From Escherichia phage 310Ecol104PP: a stretch of DNA of 64,000 bases. Below the pieces are notes generated by a model. That model saw nothing but the letters and a program-made list of their open reading frames with translations. It did no database searches and had not been told where the DNA came from. A program made the position numbers and the translations under genes. The stretch lies in the sequence record OR062946.1; one strand, given 5' to 3'. Of this stretch, positions 19,545 through 33,112 are shown one piece after another. Position 1 is the stretch's first letter. Every line of letters starts with the position of its first letter.

Positions 19545-20125
19545 TATTCACCACAGAATTCGTTGATATTTTCCCAATTTAACTTATTCAAGTTTTTCTT
19601 AGGAACATTAAACACTTCAATACCTGCATTTCGCAGAATATCATCCCAGCCAGGTTTATTCTTATCGTATGTTTCGCAATAAACCAGCTTTTTAATTCCA
19701 GATTGAGCTATCGCTTTTGCACAATCTGGGCAAGGAGAAAGTGTTACATACATAGTAGCACCTTCAATTGAAGAACCGTTTCGTGCAGCAAACAAAATCG
19801 CATTTAGTTCAGCATGAATTTCATTTTTAGACGACCATTCAGAGTGAGCGCTACGGTGTTCTTTCGCCAAGACAAAGCGATCAGTTGAACCAAACGATAC
19901 ACATTCAGGCTTATGACCTTGAATGATAGTATGTTTAGGCTTATTCAGCAACCAGCCTTGTTCAGCAGCATAATCACAGCAATTCACACCGCCTGCAGGC
20001 GAACCATTATATCCGGTAGAAATAATACGTCCATTCTTTTCAATTACTGCTCCTACCTTCCAGGAGCAACATTTGGATTCTTGTGATACTAAATATGCAA
20101 TTTGAAGTACTGTACTCGCTTTCAT
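19544..20125 (-). CDS. cd: dCMP deaminase
   Basis: 193-aa ORF with zinc-ligand motifs HAELNAI and PCPDCAKAI. Confidence 0.9.
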   Translation of the reverse strand: MKASTVLQIAYLVSQESKCCSWKVGAVIEKNGRIISTGYNGSPAGGVNCCDYAAEQGWLLNKPKHTIIQGHKPECVSFGSTDRFVLAKEHRSAHSEWSSKNEIHAELNAILFAARNGSSIEGATMYVTLSPCPDCAKAIAQSGIKKLVYCETYDKNKPGWDDILRNAGIEVFNVPKKNLNKLNWENINEFCGE

Positions 20126-20460
20126 TTCATAATCACCAGATAAGCAGATTTAGCAGTTTCAACACGATAAATTTCGTGACGAAGTTTAGTTATACTTTTA
20201 ATAACAGAACTAATTATATTCTGCCCATCTTTAAAGCGGTTTTTCTTATCAATAAAAATTGCGCCAGTCATCTTTTTGTGAAGCTCAACTGGATACTTCG
20301 TCACAATAATAGCATCATACACAGAAGGATGAATACTATTCACTAGAGTATCATTCATTAAAGTTATTCTAATGAACTGTGCTGTTTCAGAATCAAGCGC
20401 TCTATGATCGCCAGTATCATTTTCAAGACAATTATCAATTATATCAGTTAAATTCATCAT
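20122..20460 (-). CDS. hypothetical 112-aa protein (cd.1 position)
   Basis: ORF in same-strand train. Confidence 0.5.
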   Translation of the reverse strand: MMNLTDIIDNCLENDTGDHRALDSETAQFIRITLMNDTLVNSIHPSVYDAIIVTKYPVELHKKMTGAIFIDKKNRFKDGQNIISSVIKSITKLRHEIYRVETAKSAYLVIMK

Positions 20461-20693
20461 AGTACGCCATACACCCTTTGTGCTTCAACTAATCCATCAA
20501 AATCCAGTTTGAGATGTGTTATTTGGTCACCATCACTTGGATTCACAATTACTAATACTGAACGAGGAGTTTCGGTAATAACACGAACCGATGTTTCAGG
20601 AAATCGTTCAGAAACTTTATTTACCAATTCCTGAGCAAATAGTTTAACTTTTTCTTGGAATTCTTTAACAGTAATTGGTTTTTCACTTAGCAT
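20457..20693 (-). CDS. hypothetical 78-aa protein (cd.2 position)
   Basis: ORF with GAGGA Shine-Dalgarno, downstream of an early-type promoter. Confidence 0.5.
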   Translation of the reverse strand: MLSEKPITVKEFQEKVKLFAQELVNKVSERFPETSVRVITETPRSVLVIVNPSDGDQITHLKLDFDGLVEAQRVYGVL

Positions 20694-20722
20694 TTCAATT
20701 TCCTCATTTATTTTGGTAGAGC

Positions 20723-20752
20723 TATAATATCACAACTCTACCGTAAAGTAAA
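20723..20752 (-). promoter_or_regulatory. early-type promoter upstream of cd.2
   Basis: GTTTAC, 18 nt, TATTAT on minus strand; overlaps palindrome ggtagag...ctctacc. Confidence 0.45.
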
Positions 20753-20755
20753 CTG

Positions 20756-21031
20756 TTAAATTGCCTTGAATTCTGATGTCTGTGATTCAAAGCGAATATC
20801 GCCTTTGATGACTAGCTCAGCATCAAGACCGAATACGACAATAATATGAGCAGAACCTGGATACAGCGTAATGGCAATAGAATCAACCTGGTCTGGAAGC
20901 AAAGTATTCAATACATGAGTCACTTGAGCATGAATTCGAAGCTCAGCTGCATTATCAAACTTTTCAAACATATTATTAGCGATAATTTGGCTAAACACTA
21001 CTTCTACGATTTTAGAATAAGTCGGAAACAT
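20756..21031 (-). CDS. hypothetical 91-aa protein (cd.3 position)
   Basis: ORF in same-strand train. Confidence 0.5.
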   Translation of the reverse strand: MFPTYSKIVEVVFSQIIANNMFEKFDNAAELRIHAQVTHVLNTLLPDQVDSIAITLYPGSAHIIVVFGLDAELVIKGDIRFESQTSEFKAI

Positions 21032-21033
21032 AT

Positions 21034-21234
21034 TTACCTCACATAATTTTCTTCAAGCCAATCAATAACATCCAACGCACTATCAAAAATTGAACCATCT
21101 ACTTTGTCTTCTGTTTCATAATCAAGAACATCTAAGCCTACTCTTCCGTCAACAATAGGCCATAGACAAAATAGATATTTCTTTTCTTTTTCAATTTTAT
21201 CACAAAGTCGATAAATCTTTTCTATGTTATTCAT
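21034..21234 (-). CDS. hypothetical 66-aa acidic protein (cd.4 position)
   Basis: ORF in same-strand train. Confidence 0.5.
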   Translation of the reverse strand: MNNIEKIYRLCDKIEKEKKYLFCLWPIVDGRVGLDVLDYETEDKVDGSIFDSALDVIDWLEENYVR

Positions 21235-21423
21235 AAGTTTTCCATGGTAAAGGCAGTTTAGTTTTCTTTACTGTTAGTTCAACATTAGGATTCTTTTCTC
21301 TTAATTTAAGACATTCCTCCCAAGCTCTGTATTCACTAGTGAATACACAAAATTGCCCATTACTAGTACCAACTAAACCGCTATTTACAATAACAATAGA
21401 CCAAGTTTCATGATGCCAAGCCA

Positions 21424-21424
<1 letters not shown>
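21227..21424 (-). CDS. hypothetical 65-aa protein (cd.5 position)
   Basis: ORF abutting pseT. Confidence 0.5.
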
Positions 21425-22645
<1,221 letters not shown>

Positions 22646-22649
<4 letters not shown>

Positions 22650-22876
22650 TTATTTTTCTCAACCAGTGATTGAATATAATCATGCAGGTCTTTAGATGCT
22701 TTGCCCCACTTATTTTGATATTCATTTTTGAGATTAGCACGTGATTGAGCTAATAAAACATCATTAGTTGGAGGTAAAGATTCTAACCGCTGAATCTGGC
22801 GTCCATAAATCATTGCAGCCATCTCGGATTCATAAATCAATCCTTTGAGATGTTCAAATTGATGCCATGAAATCAT
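22646..22876 (-). CDS. hypothetical 76-aa protein
   Basis: ORF with ATGA-type overlaps. Confidence 0.5.
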
Positions 22877-23172
22877 TTACATTTATCCTCTTTTAGCTCT
22901 TGACGATAATAACATATCATAGTTTTCTGATCATGCACATATCGTTTTACATCATTAAGCCAAATACGAAATTCCTGGGAATCTTCAAATGGCATACCGA
23001 CCCAAGCTTTACCATCAATAACTTTAACTTGCCAAGATAGTTTAGCTTCGTCATATGACTTTATTTGCACAGGCCAATTAGGATGAACTGTTTCTTTCTT
23101 TACTTCTAGAGGCTTTGTCGAACAACCAACTAGAAGACCAATAGATAATATTACTGCTGATAGTTTAATCAT
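22873..23172 (-). CDS. outer-membrane spanin (Rz1-like lipoprotein)
   Basis: Signal peptide plus lipobox LLVGC, Cys-containing periplasmic domain; follows the i-spanin. Confidence 0.7.
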   Translation of the reverse strand: MIKLSAVILSIGLLVGCSTKPLEVKKETVHPNWPVQIKSYDEAKLSWQVKVIDGKAWVGMPFEDSQEFRIWLNDVKRYVHDQKTMICYYRQELKEDKCK

Positions 23173-23522
23173 TTAGAAAGGTCCTGGATGTCTTCTGCGA
23201 ACTTGTTGAAGGAGTTGTTGATTTGTTTTTCAACCAATCCTGGCTTATGAGCCACCACATCCGCCTTCTTTGCATCTTTGCGCAGTTTTTCATTTTCACG
23301 CTCAATAGCAGCAATTGCCTCACGATTTTTATTATTCATCGCATCAATATAATTATACTGAATTCGCAAATTATTTAATGCTAAGGCGTTTTCATTGGCC
23401 GTTTTTGTAATTTCTACAACAGACGTTTCTAATCTTTCAATTTTACTTTTTAAAATTAAAGAAGTTCCGCCCAATGCAATTACAATTAATAACAAGCCTG
23501 CTGTCGTATTACTTAATTGCAT
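23169..23522 (-). CDS. inner-membrane spanin (Rz-like)
   Basis: N-terminal transmembrane segment GLLLIVIALGGTSLIL followed by a predicted coiled coil; 117 aa. Confidence 0.7.
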   Translation of the reverse strand: MQLSNTTAGLLLIVIALGGTSLILKSKIERLETSVVEITKTANENALALNNLRIQYNYIDAMNNKNREAIAAIERENEKLRKDAKKADVVAHKPGLVEKQINNSFNKFAEDIQDLSK

Positions 23523-24007
23523 AAAGTTTTAATAACCTCTATAATATCGTCTTGAGAAAGACCGTTAATTAAAATATGATGTTCAGCCGAAGATTTAGAA
23601 ATTTTAAAGCATGCCTCAACATCTTCTGCCATATCTGATGCGCTACGATTTGGATTACTAATTCCAAGACGATGTTTTCCCGTCAAAGGATTAACGATGA
23701 TGTAGCATTTACAGTTGTTAATATGAACATTAGGTTGAGTCTGATTAATGAACACATCACAATCATATTTCGCAAGCTGATTTTCTAAAAAGACTTTCAT
23801 CTCCTCAACTGCATCAGGAAGCATATCACGGGCTTGCTCAAGACGACGATTTCGATATTCTTTAATGGTCGTTTTCTTAGCTAAATCTTTCTTAAGATCG
23901 GTGATATATCCAACTCGACGATTTCCTTTAAATACAGAAATCCCATCTGTAGTATCACCGTATGCTTCAACGACCATCTCAGTAGTAATAAGCTGCAAAT
24001 CCATCAT
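23513..24007 (-). CDS. alc: Alc, terminator of transcription on cytosine-containing DNA
   Basis: 164-aa ORF at the T4 alc position between pseT.3 and rnlA. Confidence 0.65.
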   Translation of the reverse strand: MMDLQLITTEMVVEAYGDTTDGISVFKGNRRVGYITDLKKDLAKKTTIKEYRNRRLEQARDMLPDAVEEMKVFLENQLAKYDCDVFINQTQPNVHINNCKCYIIVNPLTGKHRLGISNPNRSASDMAEDVEACFKISKSSAEHHILINGLSQDDIIEVIKTLCN

Positions 24008-24034
24008 AAAGTCCTCATGTTATGTCAGTAAGAC

Positions 24035-24064
24035 TACTGTAACACATCACGAGGGACTTGTAAA
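24035..24064 (-). promoter_or_regulatory. early-type promoter upstream of alc
   Basis: GTTTAC, 18 nt, TACAGT; 51 of 53 nt identical to the element at 8708-8764. Confidence 0.45.
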
Positions 24065-24068
24065 CAGC

Positions 24069-25656
<1,588 letters not shown>

Positions 25657-25664
25657 AATAAAAT

Positions 25665-25678
25665 GGGCCTTGCGGCCC
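25665..25678. terminator. short hairpin between nrdB and denA
   Basis: GGGCC-ttgc-GGCCC inverted repeat. Confidence 0.35.
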
Positions 25679-25683
25679 ACTCC

Positions 25684-26853
25684 TTAAAAATATTTTTTAA
25701 AACTCATCATAACTTTATCATCAACGTCATTATCAATCTGTGCTACAAGATAAGATGACAGTTCTACTTCTTGCGGTGCAGATTGAACATTATCAGAATT
25801 AAGATATTCACGAATCCAAGGATACGGATGTTTAACCGGAGCATCAGTAATTGGGCATGGAAGACCACACTGTTTCATACGAGATACAGTTAAGTAATCA
25901 ATAAAGCTCCACATGCTATTTGTATTTAATCCAGGAACATCGCCATCTTTAAATAAATGAACTGCCCAGTCTTTTTCTTGACGGTTAACTTCCATGAAAA
26001 TATCAACTGCTTCTTGTTCACACTCTTGAGCAATTTTAACCCATTCATCACCATCAGTGCCAAGTTGAAGTTGACGAATAATATATTGGGTGCCTTTAAG
26101 GTGAAGCTGCTCATCACGTGCAATGAACTTCATAATCTTGGCATTACCTTCCATGATTTCCATGTTCTTATGGAAGTTAAAGGTACATGCGAAAGATACA
26201 TAAAAACGAATAGCTTCCAATGCGTTGATTACGTGCAGGCAGAGGTAAAGAGATTTCATTAGTGCTCGTTTAGTACATTCAACAACTTTGCCTAGCTCTT
26301 CTTTACGAAATCCTTCTGATAAAATTCCTTCATAATCTTCAACCGCATTCTGATATTCACGAGTCTTAACTAGAACGTCATCATAATAACGACCAATAGA
26401 TTCAGCACGTTTCATGATAGCTTTATCTAATACAATCTCATCAAATACCTTTGATGGATCAGTATAAAGATTTCGCATGATATGAGTATATGAACGACTG
26501 TGAATAGTTTCGCTAAAAGTCCATGTAGCAACCCATGTATCAAGGCTTGGATCTGAAATTAATGACATAAGTACAGCAGACGGTGCACGACCCTGAATGC
26601 TATCTAGAAGTGATTGATACTTCAGGTTATTAGTAAAAATATCTTGCTGATACTGAGGAAGCTTGTTAAATTGTGCAGCATCCATCATCAAGTTTACTTC
26701 TTCAGGACGCCAGAAAAATGATAATTGCTTTTCGGTTAAATCTTCAAAAACTTTATGGCGTTGAATATCATAACGCGCAATACCAAGACCTGAACCGAAG
26801 AACATAGGTTCTTTTAAAACATCAACTGGATTTGTATTAAAAACTGTGCTCAT
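25684..26853 (-). CDS. nrdB: ribonucleotide reductase small subunit, uninterrupted
   Basis: 389-aa continuous ORF with di-iron ligand motifs and SYTH tyrosyl-radical region; no intron. Confidence 0.9.
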   Translation of the reverse strand: MSTVFNTNPVDVLKEPMFFGSGLGIARYDIQRHKVFEDLTEKQLSFFWRPEEVNLMMDAAQFNKLPQYQQDIFTNNLKYQSLLDSIQGRAPSAVLMSLISDPSLDTWVATWTFSETIHSRSYTHIMRNLYTDPSKVFDEIVLDKAIMKRAESIGRYYDDVLVKTREYQNAVEDYEGILSEGFRKEELGKVVECTKRALMKSLYLCLHVINALEAIRFYVSFACTFNFHKNMEIMEGNAKIMKFIARDEQLHLKGTQYIIRQLQLGTDGDEWVKIAQECEQEAVDIFMEVNRQEKDWAVHLFKDGDVPGLNTNSMWSFIDYLTVSRMKQCGLPCPITDAPVKHPYPWIREYLNSDNVQSAPQEVELSSYLVAQIDNDVDDKVMMSFKKYF

Positions 26854-26904
26854 AAATTTTCCGCTTAGTTAATAGATAGTGACTCGTCCGTGAGTCAAAT
26901 TATA

Positions 26905-29169
26905 TCATAATTTACAGGATGAACAATCTTCAGCTTTTGGAGTTTCTATTTCATAATCATCAGTACCAGAACCATCGCGGGTATTATGATAATAGAAATT
27001 TTTTCCGCCAAAATACCAAAAATACAAAAGGTCATCAATCATTATTGACATTGGAACCTTTCCTTTTGGAAAAATCTGCGGGTCATAATATGTATTCGCT
27101 GAAGCTGATTGACATACCCATTTCAGCATAATAGCTACCTGCGTAAGATAAGGTTTATTACCTTTCTTAGCTAATTTCCACGTATAATCATAGAGGTCTA
27201 TGTTATGCTCAATATTGGGCACGACTTGATTAAAGGAACCCTCTTTTGATTCTTTAACAGAGACTGGTCCACGTGGAGGCTCGATACCGTTTGTACTGTT
27301 AGAAACTTGGGAAGATGACTCACATGGCATAAGTGCTGATAATGTGCTATTACGGATGCCAAAGAGCTTAAGGTCTTCCCGCAGCGACGACCAGTCACAA
27401 ACGTATTTTGGAGCTGCGATTTGGTCAATCTTTTTATTGTACCAGTCGATAGGTAATTCGCCTCGAGACCAACGAGTGTCTGAATAATATTCGCAAGGTC
27501 CTTTTTCTTTGGCGAGCTTAATGGATGCTTTAATGAGTCCATACTGTAATCTCTCAAATAGTTCATGTGTTAAATCGTTAGCATCTTCATAAGAAGCAAA
27601 GTTACTTGCCAGCCAAGCTGCATAGTTGGTAACACCTACGCCAAGGTTTCGACGCTTTTTAGCTTTTTCTGCTTCAGGAACTGGATATCCTTGGTAATCC
27701 AAAAGATTATCAAGAGCACGAACTTGAACTTCTGCCAATTCATTAATTTTATCTTGGTCTTGCCAGTCAAAATTATCTAGTACGAATGCAGAGAGAGTAC
27801 ACAATCCAATTTCAGCATCAGGACTATTCACATCATTTGTTGGAATAGCAATTTCACAGCACAAGTTGCTCTGACGAATAGGTGCCTTTTCACGAATAAA
27901 CGGAGTATAGTTATTCGTATTATCAATGAATTGTACATAAATCCTTGCTGTTCCTGAGCGTTCAGTCATGAGCAATTCAAATAGTTCACGGGCTTTAATA
28001 CGCTTTTTACGAATATTAGGGTCTTTTTCTGCTGCTTCGTATAATTCACGGAAACGGTCTTGGTCTTTAAAATAAGAATAATAAAGCTCGCCACCCATTT
28101 CATGCGGACTGAACAAAGTAATGTAATCGTTCTTTCCGAATCGTTCCATCATCAAATCATTCAGCTGAACACCATAATCCATATGACGAATGCGGTTTTC
28201 TTCTACGCCTTTGTTATTTTTCAAAACGAGAAGATTTTCAACTTCCAAATGCCAAATAGGATAATAAGCAGTAGCTGCGCCGCCACGAATTCCACCCTGT
28301 GAGCATGATTTAACTGCAGTCTGAAAATGTTTCCAAAAAGGAATAACACCAGTATGACGTACTTCACCCATGCCAATCTTAGAACCTTCGGCACGAATCA
28401 TACCAACGTTAATACCAATTCCAGCGCGTTTAGAGATATATTCAACAATTGAAGCAGAAGCCTTATTGATAGACTTCAGTGAATCACCTGCCTCAATAAC
28501 AACACATGAACTAAACTGTCGAGTCGGAGTACGACAACCAGCCATAATAGGAGTTGGTAATGAAATCTGTCGAGTAGATACTGCTTCATAAAAACGAATA
28601 ACATGTTTTAATCTATCAACAGGTTCATCTTGATGCAGTGCCATTCCAATAGCCATAAATGCAAACTGTGGAGTTTCATAAATTTGACCAGTGGTTTTAT
28701 CTTTAACTAAATATTTTTCTTTTAATTGCATCGCCCCGGAATAAGTAAATTCCATATCCCGTTCGTGCTTAATTTTTGATTCTAAAAATGTAATTTCTTC
28801 TGCTGAATATTTTGACAATAATTCAGGGTCGTATTTACCTGCATTTACACAGTAAGAAATATGGTCAATAAATGAACGTGGTTCATACTGCCCATAAACA
28901 TGCTTACGAAGAGCAAACATTAAACAGCGTGCAGCTACATATTGATAATCAGGTTCTTCAACCGAAATAGAATTCGCAGCAGCCTTAATGACAATAGTCT
29001 GAATATCATCAGTTGTCATTCCATCACGGAGATAAGATTTAATATTTTCATATAATTCATAAGGATCTACTGATGTTCCCTCAGCTGCCCAAGATAAAAC
29101 TTTAATAATTTTTTGTGGGTCAAAGCTCTGAGAAACACCACTACTTTTGATAACATTAATTAATTGCAT
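26905..29169 (-). CDS. nrdA: ribonucleotide reductase large subunit
   Basis: 754-aa ORF with C-terminal Cys pair (DCSSCKL); length equals T4 NrdA. Confidence 0.95.
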   Translation of the reverse strand: MQLINVIKSSGVSQSFDPQKIIKVLSWAAEGTSVDPYELYENIKSYLRDGMTTDDIQTIVIKAAANSISVEEPDYQYVAARCLMFALRKHVYGQYEPRSFIDHISYCVNAGKYDPELLSKYSAEEITFLESKIKHERDMEFTYSGAMQLKEKYLVKDKTTGQIYETPQFAFMAIGMALHQDEPVDRLKHVIRFYEAVSTRQISLPTPIMAGCRTPTRQFSSCVVIEAGDSLKSINKASASIVEYISKRAGIGINVGMIRAEGSKIGMGEVRHTGVIPFWKHFQTAVKSCSQGGIRGGAATAYYPIWHLEVENLLVLKNNKGVEENRIRHMDYGVQLNDLMMERFGKNDYITLFSPHEMGGELYYSYFKDQDRFRELYEAAEKDPNIRKKRIKARELFELLMTERSGTARIYVQFIDNTNNYTPFIREKAPIRQSNLCCEIAIPTNDVNSPDAEIGLCTLSAFVLDNFDWQDQDKINELAEVQVRALDNLLDYQGYPVPEAEKAKKRRNLGVGVTNYAAWLASNFASYEDANDLTHELFERLQYGLIKASIKLAKEKGPCEYYSDTRWSRGELPIDWYNKKIDQIAAPKYVCDWSSLREDLKLFGIRNSTLSALMPCESSSQVSNSTNGIEPPRGPVSVKESKEGSFNQVVPNIEHNIDLYDYTWKLAKKGNKPYLTQVAIMLKWVCQSASANTYYDPQIFPKGKVPMSIMIDDLLYFWYFGGKNFYYHNTRDGSGTDDYEIETPKAEDCSSCKL

Positions 29170-29486
29170 AAGTCCTCAACTTGAAAATCGTCTTTAAACA
29201 ATCGGTTAACTATATGAGCTATTATATCACCATGACACGGCTTTGGTTTACATGTGCATCCTAGCCTCATTCCACGTAAAGGCTCTAAATGTGCTTTAGT
29301 TATTTCTCCGGATTTAATTCGACGTATAAAATCTTTTTTGAATAATTCAATGGCAGCCTCCCGGCTGCCAGCATCTTTACCGACGTAATTTCCCCAAAAT
29401 GTACCGCGGTGAATATTAACATCAAAGTCGGATTTGTATTTATTCACTACCCGGCATAGACGGCCCACGCTGGAATAATTCGTCAT
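29160..29486 (-). CDS. Cys/His-containing small protein (nrdA.1 position, DUF4326-like)
   Basis: 108-aa ORF with [12 protein letters not shown] motif; overlaps the nrdA start by 10 nt. Confidence 0.5.
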   Translation of the reverse strand: MTNYSSVGRLCRVVNKYKSDFDVNIHRGTFWGNYVGKDAGSREAAIELFKKDFIRRIKSGEITKAHLEPLRGMRLGCTCKPKPCHGDIIAHIVNRLFKDDFQVEDLCN

Positions 29487-29703
29487 ATTGTTTTTCCGTT
29501 AAAACAGTAATATCGTAGTAACAGTCAGAAGAAGTTTTAACTGTGGAAATTTTATTATCAAAATACTCACGAGTCATTTTATGAGTATAATATTTTTTAC
29601 CATAAATGATAATAGGCTGTTCTGGTCCTGGAACTTCTAACTCGCTTGGGTTAGGAAGTGTAAAAAGAACAACGCCAGAAGTATCTTTAAATCGTAAAAT
29701 CAT
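29440..29703 (-). CDS. hypothetical 87-aa protein (nrdA.2 position)
   Basis: ORF with ATGA overlap to the td stop. Confidence 0.45.
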   Translation of the reverse strand: MILRFKDTSGVVLFTLPNPSELEVPGPEQPIIIYGKKYYTHKMTREYFDNKISTVKTSSDCYYDITVLTEKQYDELFQRGPSMPGSE

Positions 29704-30560
29704 ATTGCCATTTTCCCTTTAATTGCTGGATGCGATTCATAATTTTCAAGGATAAAATCTTTCGGTTTCATGTATTCAGTTAACCAGTAAAGCTGTGTTT
29801 CGGTGTCACAATTTCCAAACTCTATAGGCCAATCAATTTTAAGTTCACACAGTTCTTTAGGCTCACGACGTAAAATTTCTTTACATTGCTCAGTATGATT
29901 CATATAGATGTGAGTATTACCACCAGAAAATATCAAATCTCCTGGGATAAGATTACACATCTTAGCCACAATATGCGCCAAGGCAGCGTACGAGGCAATG
30001 TTGAATGGCAAGCCCAAGAAAACATCTACACTTCTTTGGTACCATTGTAAATCAAGATAACCATTACGCACATTAAACTGATAGAACATATGACAGGGCG
30101 GTAATGCCATTTGATTGATTTCAGCTGGATTCCATGCTGAAACGATTTGACGTCGATCAGTTGGTAATTTTTTAATACGATCAATAGTTTCAACTAATTG
30201 ATCCACACCACCGAAATCACGCCATTGTTTACCGTATATAGGACCAAGTTCACCACTATGATATCCTAGGTCTTTAGCCTGGTTTTCATAGTTATCGTCC
30301 CAAATAGTTTTACCTTGAATAAGACTACCATGTGTGCGAAGACGTAAATCATTAACATTGGTAGAACCGGAAATAAACCATAGAAGCTCAGCAATGCATG
30401 CATTCCAGGCGAACTTCTTAGTTGTTACTGCAGGAAAACCTTTAGTTAAATCCCAGCGTAATTTAGTACCGAACAAAGCAATTGTTCCTGTGCCTGTTCG
30501 GTCATCGGTTTCATAGCCATTTTCAAAAATGTCTTTAATTAAATCTTGGTATTGTTTCAT
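29700..30560 (-). CDS. td: thymidylate synthase, uninterrupted
   Basis: 286-aa continuous ORF with active-site PPCHMFYQF; no group I intron. Confidence 0.95.
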   Translation of the reverse strand: MKQYQDLIKDIFENGYETDDRTGTGTIALFGTKLRWDLTKGFPAVTTKKFAWNACIAELLWFISGSTNVNDLRLRTHGSLIQGKTIWDDNYENQAKDLGYHSGELGPIYGKQWRDFGGVDQLVETIDRIKKLPTDRRQIVSAWNPAEINQMALPPCHMFYQFNVRNGYLDLQWYQRSVDVFLGLPFNIASYAALAHIVAKMCNLIPGDLIFSGGNTHIYMNHTEQCKEILRREPKELCELKIDWPIEFGNCDTETQLYWLTEYMKPKDFILENYESHPAIKGKMAI

Positions 30561-30604
30561 TTAGTACCTTATATAAATTATAATACATTTTATGAAGCTA
30601 ATAA

Positions 30605-30964
30605 TCAATACGGTTTAGCATCAAATTTTCTTTCGATTTCAGGAGTGAAATATAATTCTTTACCACGTTTGGAAAAACGACCAATAATATGATAATTATT
30701 CTCATCAAACGTGATATTACCAATATCCATAGCTTTCAACCAAATATCGATATTTCTATCTAGTTTTATATCAAAATTCCAATACGGAGAACTATTACCA
30801 AAAATACTACAAGCGGATTCAGTGAAACAACTGCTATAAATCTTGTCTTTAGGAACTACTAATTGATAGACGCCTTTAATAAACTGAGGACCCTGCCATT
30901 TTGGTTGTTTCGCGTCTTTTTCTAATAGAATAGGGTAATAATTAAAATTCATATTTTCCGCCAC
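30605..30964 (-). CDS. hypothetical 119-aa protein inserted between frd and td
   Basis: ORF 8 nt downstream of the frd stop and 44 nt upstream of the td ATG. Confidence 0.5.
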   Translation of the reverse strand: MAENMNFNYYPILLEKDAKQPKWQGPQFIKGVYQLVVPKDKIYSSCFTESACSIFGNSSPYWNFDIKLDRNIDIWLKAMDIGNITFDENNYHIIGRFSKRGKELYFTPEIERKFDAKPY

Positions 30965-30972
30965 GTGTTATT

Positions 30973-31802
<830 letters not shown>

Positions 31803-31813
31803 ATTATCTCCTA

Positions 31814-32146
31814 TTAAAAAGGATCAGGAACATATCCACTAGCTTTAATCATTTTAACTAATGTTACCATTCCTTTGTTAACTGCTTGTGAGATTTCATC
31901 AAAAACTTCATCATTAAAAAGTTCTAGCACACCCTTCTGAACTTTTAATTTACAGCCAACAATTTCGTCATCGCCTATAGTAAATTCATTACCGCCAATT
32001 CCACCGAAAAACTTAATTACCCCAGTTAACTGTTTTCCACGAGAATATGGGTCATGTGATAAAGTAATATGAGTCACCCCAGGTACAGTTTTAAATTGAC
32101 AGCGAATGTTTACTTGAGAAATTCCAGTTACATGAATGTCAGACAT
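31814..32146 (-). CDS. hypothetical 110-aa protein (frd.2 position)
   Basis: ORF in same-strand train. Confidence 0.5.
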   Translation of the reverse strand: MSDIHVTGISQVNIRCQFKTVPGVTHITLSHDPYSRGKQLTGVIKFFGGIGGNEFTIGDDEIVGCKLKVQKGVLELFNDEVFDEISQAVNKGMVTLVKMIKASGYVPDPF

Positions 32147-32156
32147 AATATTTTCC

Positions 32157-32399
32157 TCAAACAGACTTTTTCACAGTTTTCCAATCAGCTTTAAACTGAT
32201 CAACATCAGAATGGTAAATCCAGAATCCTGCGCTTTCTCCATCTTCATAAAGAGGACATCCATCGCATTCATCTTCCCATCCCATATCACGCAAAAGACG
32301 TTCAGCTTTTTCAACAAGTTCAGAATCTTTACCGATGATATTAAAATACCATTTACCCCTAACTTCTGAATCTTTAATGCTCTGACGTTGTAATCTCAT
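32157..32399 (-). CDS. hypothetical 80-aa protein (frd.3 position)
   Basis: ORF with AGGAG Shine-Dalgarno, downstream of an early-type promoter. Confidence 0.5.
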   Translation of the reverse strand: MRLQRQSIKDSEVRGKWYFNIIGKDSELVEKAERLLRDMGWEDECDGCPLYEDGESAGFWIYHSDVDQFKADWKTVKKSV

Positions 32400-32424
32400 T
32401 TTATTCTCCTTAGTTGATAGGGTA

Positions 32425-32454
32425 ATAGTATCACACTACTACCCTACTGTAAAC
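32425..32454 (-). promoter_or_regulatory. early-type promoter upstream of frd.3
   Basis: GTTTAC, 18 nt, TACTAT on the minus strand. Confidence 0.45.
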
Positions 32455-32816
32455 TACTTTTTGAAAGTTTTTCGCAAAAGTTCAATGATTTCATCTACAT
32501 TGTTTTCGTCAACAATGCAGTGAATTTTTGTTACGCCAGAAACCTTGTCTTCTATTTCATCTTCAGAAGTCGGTTCTTTATACTCACGAAAACAATGAAA
32601 TTCATCTTCGCAGACGTTGAAGTAAAAATGCTTTCCATTGGCGCATTCTACGTGTTTTACTACTTTAAATCCATCAGCAAAGAAAACTTCTTTAACTTCA
32701 AACCATCCGCCATTTTCTTGAATAGCTTTAACTATTAATGAATTAGAACGCGGGCGATAATTAATAAATGTATCAATAAGTCTTGGAACAAGTTCGTACT
32801 TTTTATCAATATACAT
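32454..32816 (-). CDS. hypothetical 120-aa Cys/His-containing protein
   Basis: ORF between the 83-aa ORF and frd.3. Confidence 0.5.
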   Translation of the reverse strand: MYIDKKYELVPRLIDTFINYRPRSNSLIVKAIQENGGWFEVKEVFFADGFKVVKHVECANGKHFYFNVCEDEFHCFREYKEPTSEDEIEDKVSGVTKIHCIVDENNVDEIIELLRKTFKK

Positions 32817-32836
32817 TATGTTTTCCTCATTTTAAT

Positions 32837-32854
32837 AGGGGCTTGATAGCCCCT
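32837..32854. terminator. hairpin between the 83-aa and 120-aa ORFs
   Basis: AGGGGC-ttgata-GCCCCT inverted repeat. Confidence 0.4.
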
Positions 32855-32860
32855 CGATAA

Positions 32861-33112
32861 TTACTGTTCAATCAATCCCATGTAAAATTCTGCATCTTCA
32901 GCATCCATACCATCACAGTATTCATTAGCCATAAATCGTTCAAGAACTTCTAAAGGACCTTCAATAACAATAGAAAAATTGCAATAATTGGGATCATCAT
33001 GAATACTTGTGATACTAAGTTCAGGATAACGATTACGAATAATTTCTTCAATATATTCAAAATCAACGATGTCAATATCAACTTTAGCCATATTGTTTTC
33101 CTCTTTAATCAT
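32861..33112 (-). CDS. hypothetical highly acidic 83-aa protein
   Basis: About 21 Asp/Glu versus 5 Lys/Arg; preceded by AGAGGA and an early-type promoter. Confidence 0.5.
   Translation of the reverse strand: MIKEENNMAKVDIDIVDFEYIEEIIRNRYPELSITSIHDDPNYCNFSIVIEGPLEVLERFMANEYCDGMDAEDAEFYMGLIEQ

Noticed and set aside
25684-30560. Looked for group I introns or homing endonuclease ORFs in td and nrdB
   Set aside because: Both ORFs are continuous at full length and the flanking spacers are too short to hold an endonuclease gene
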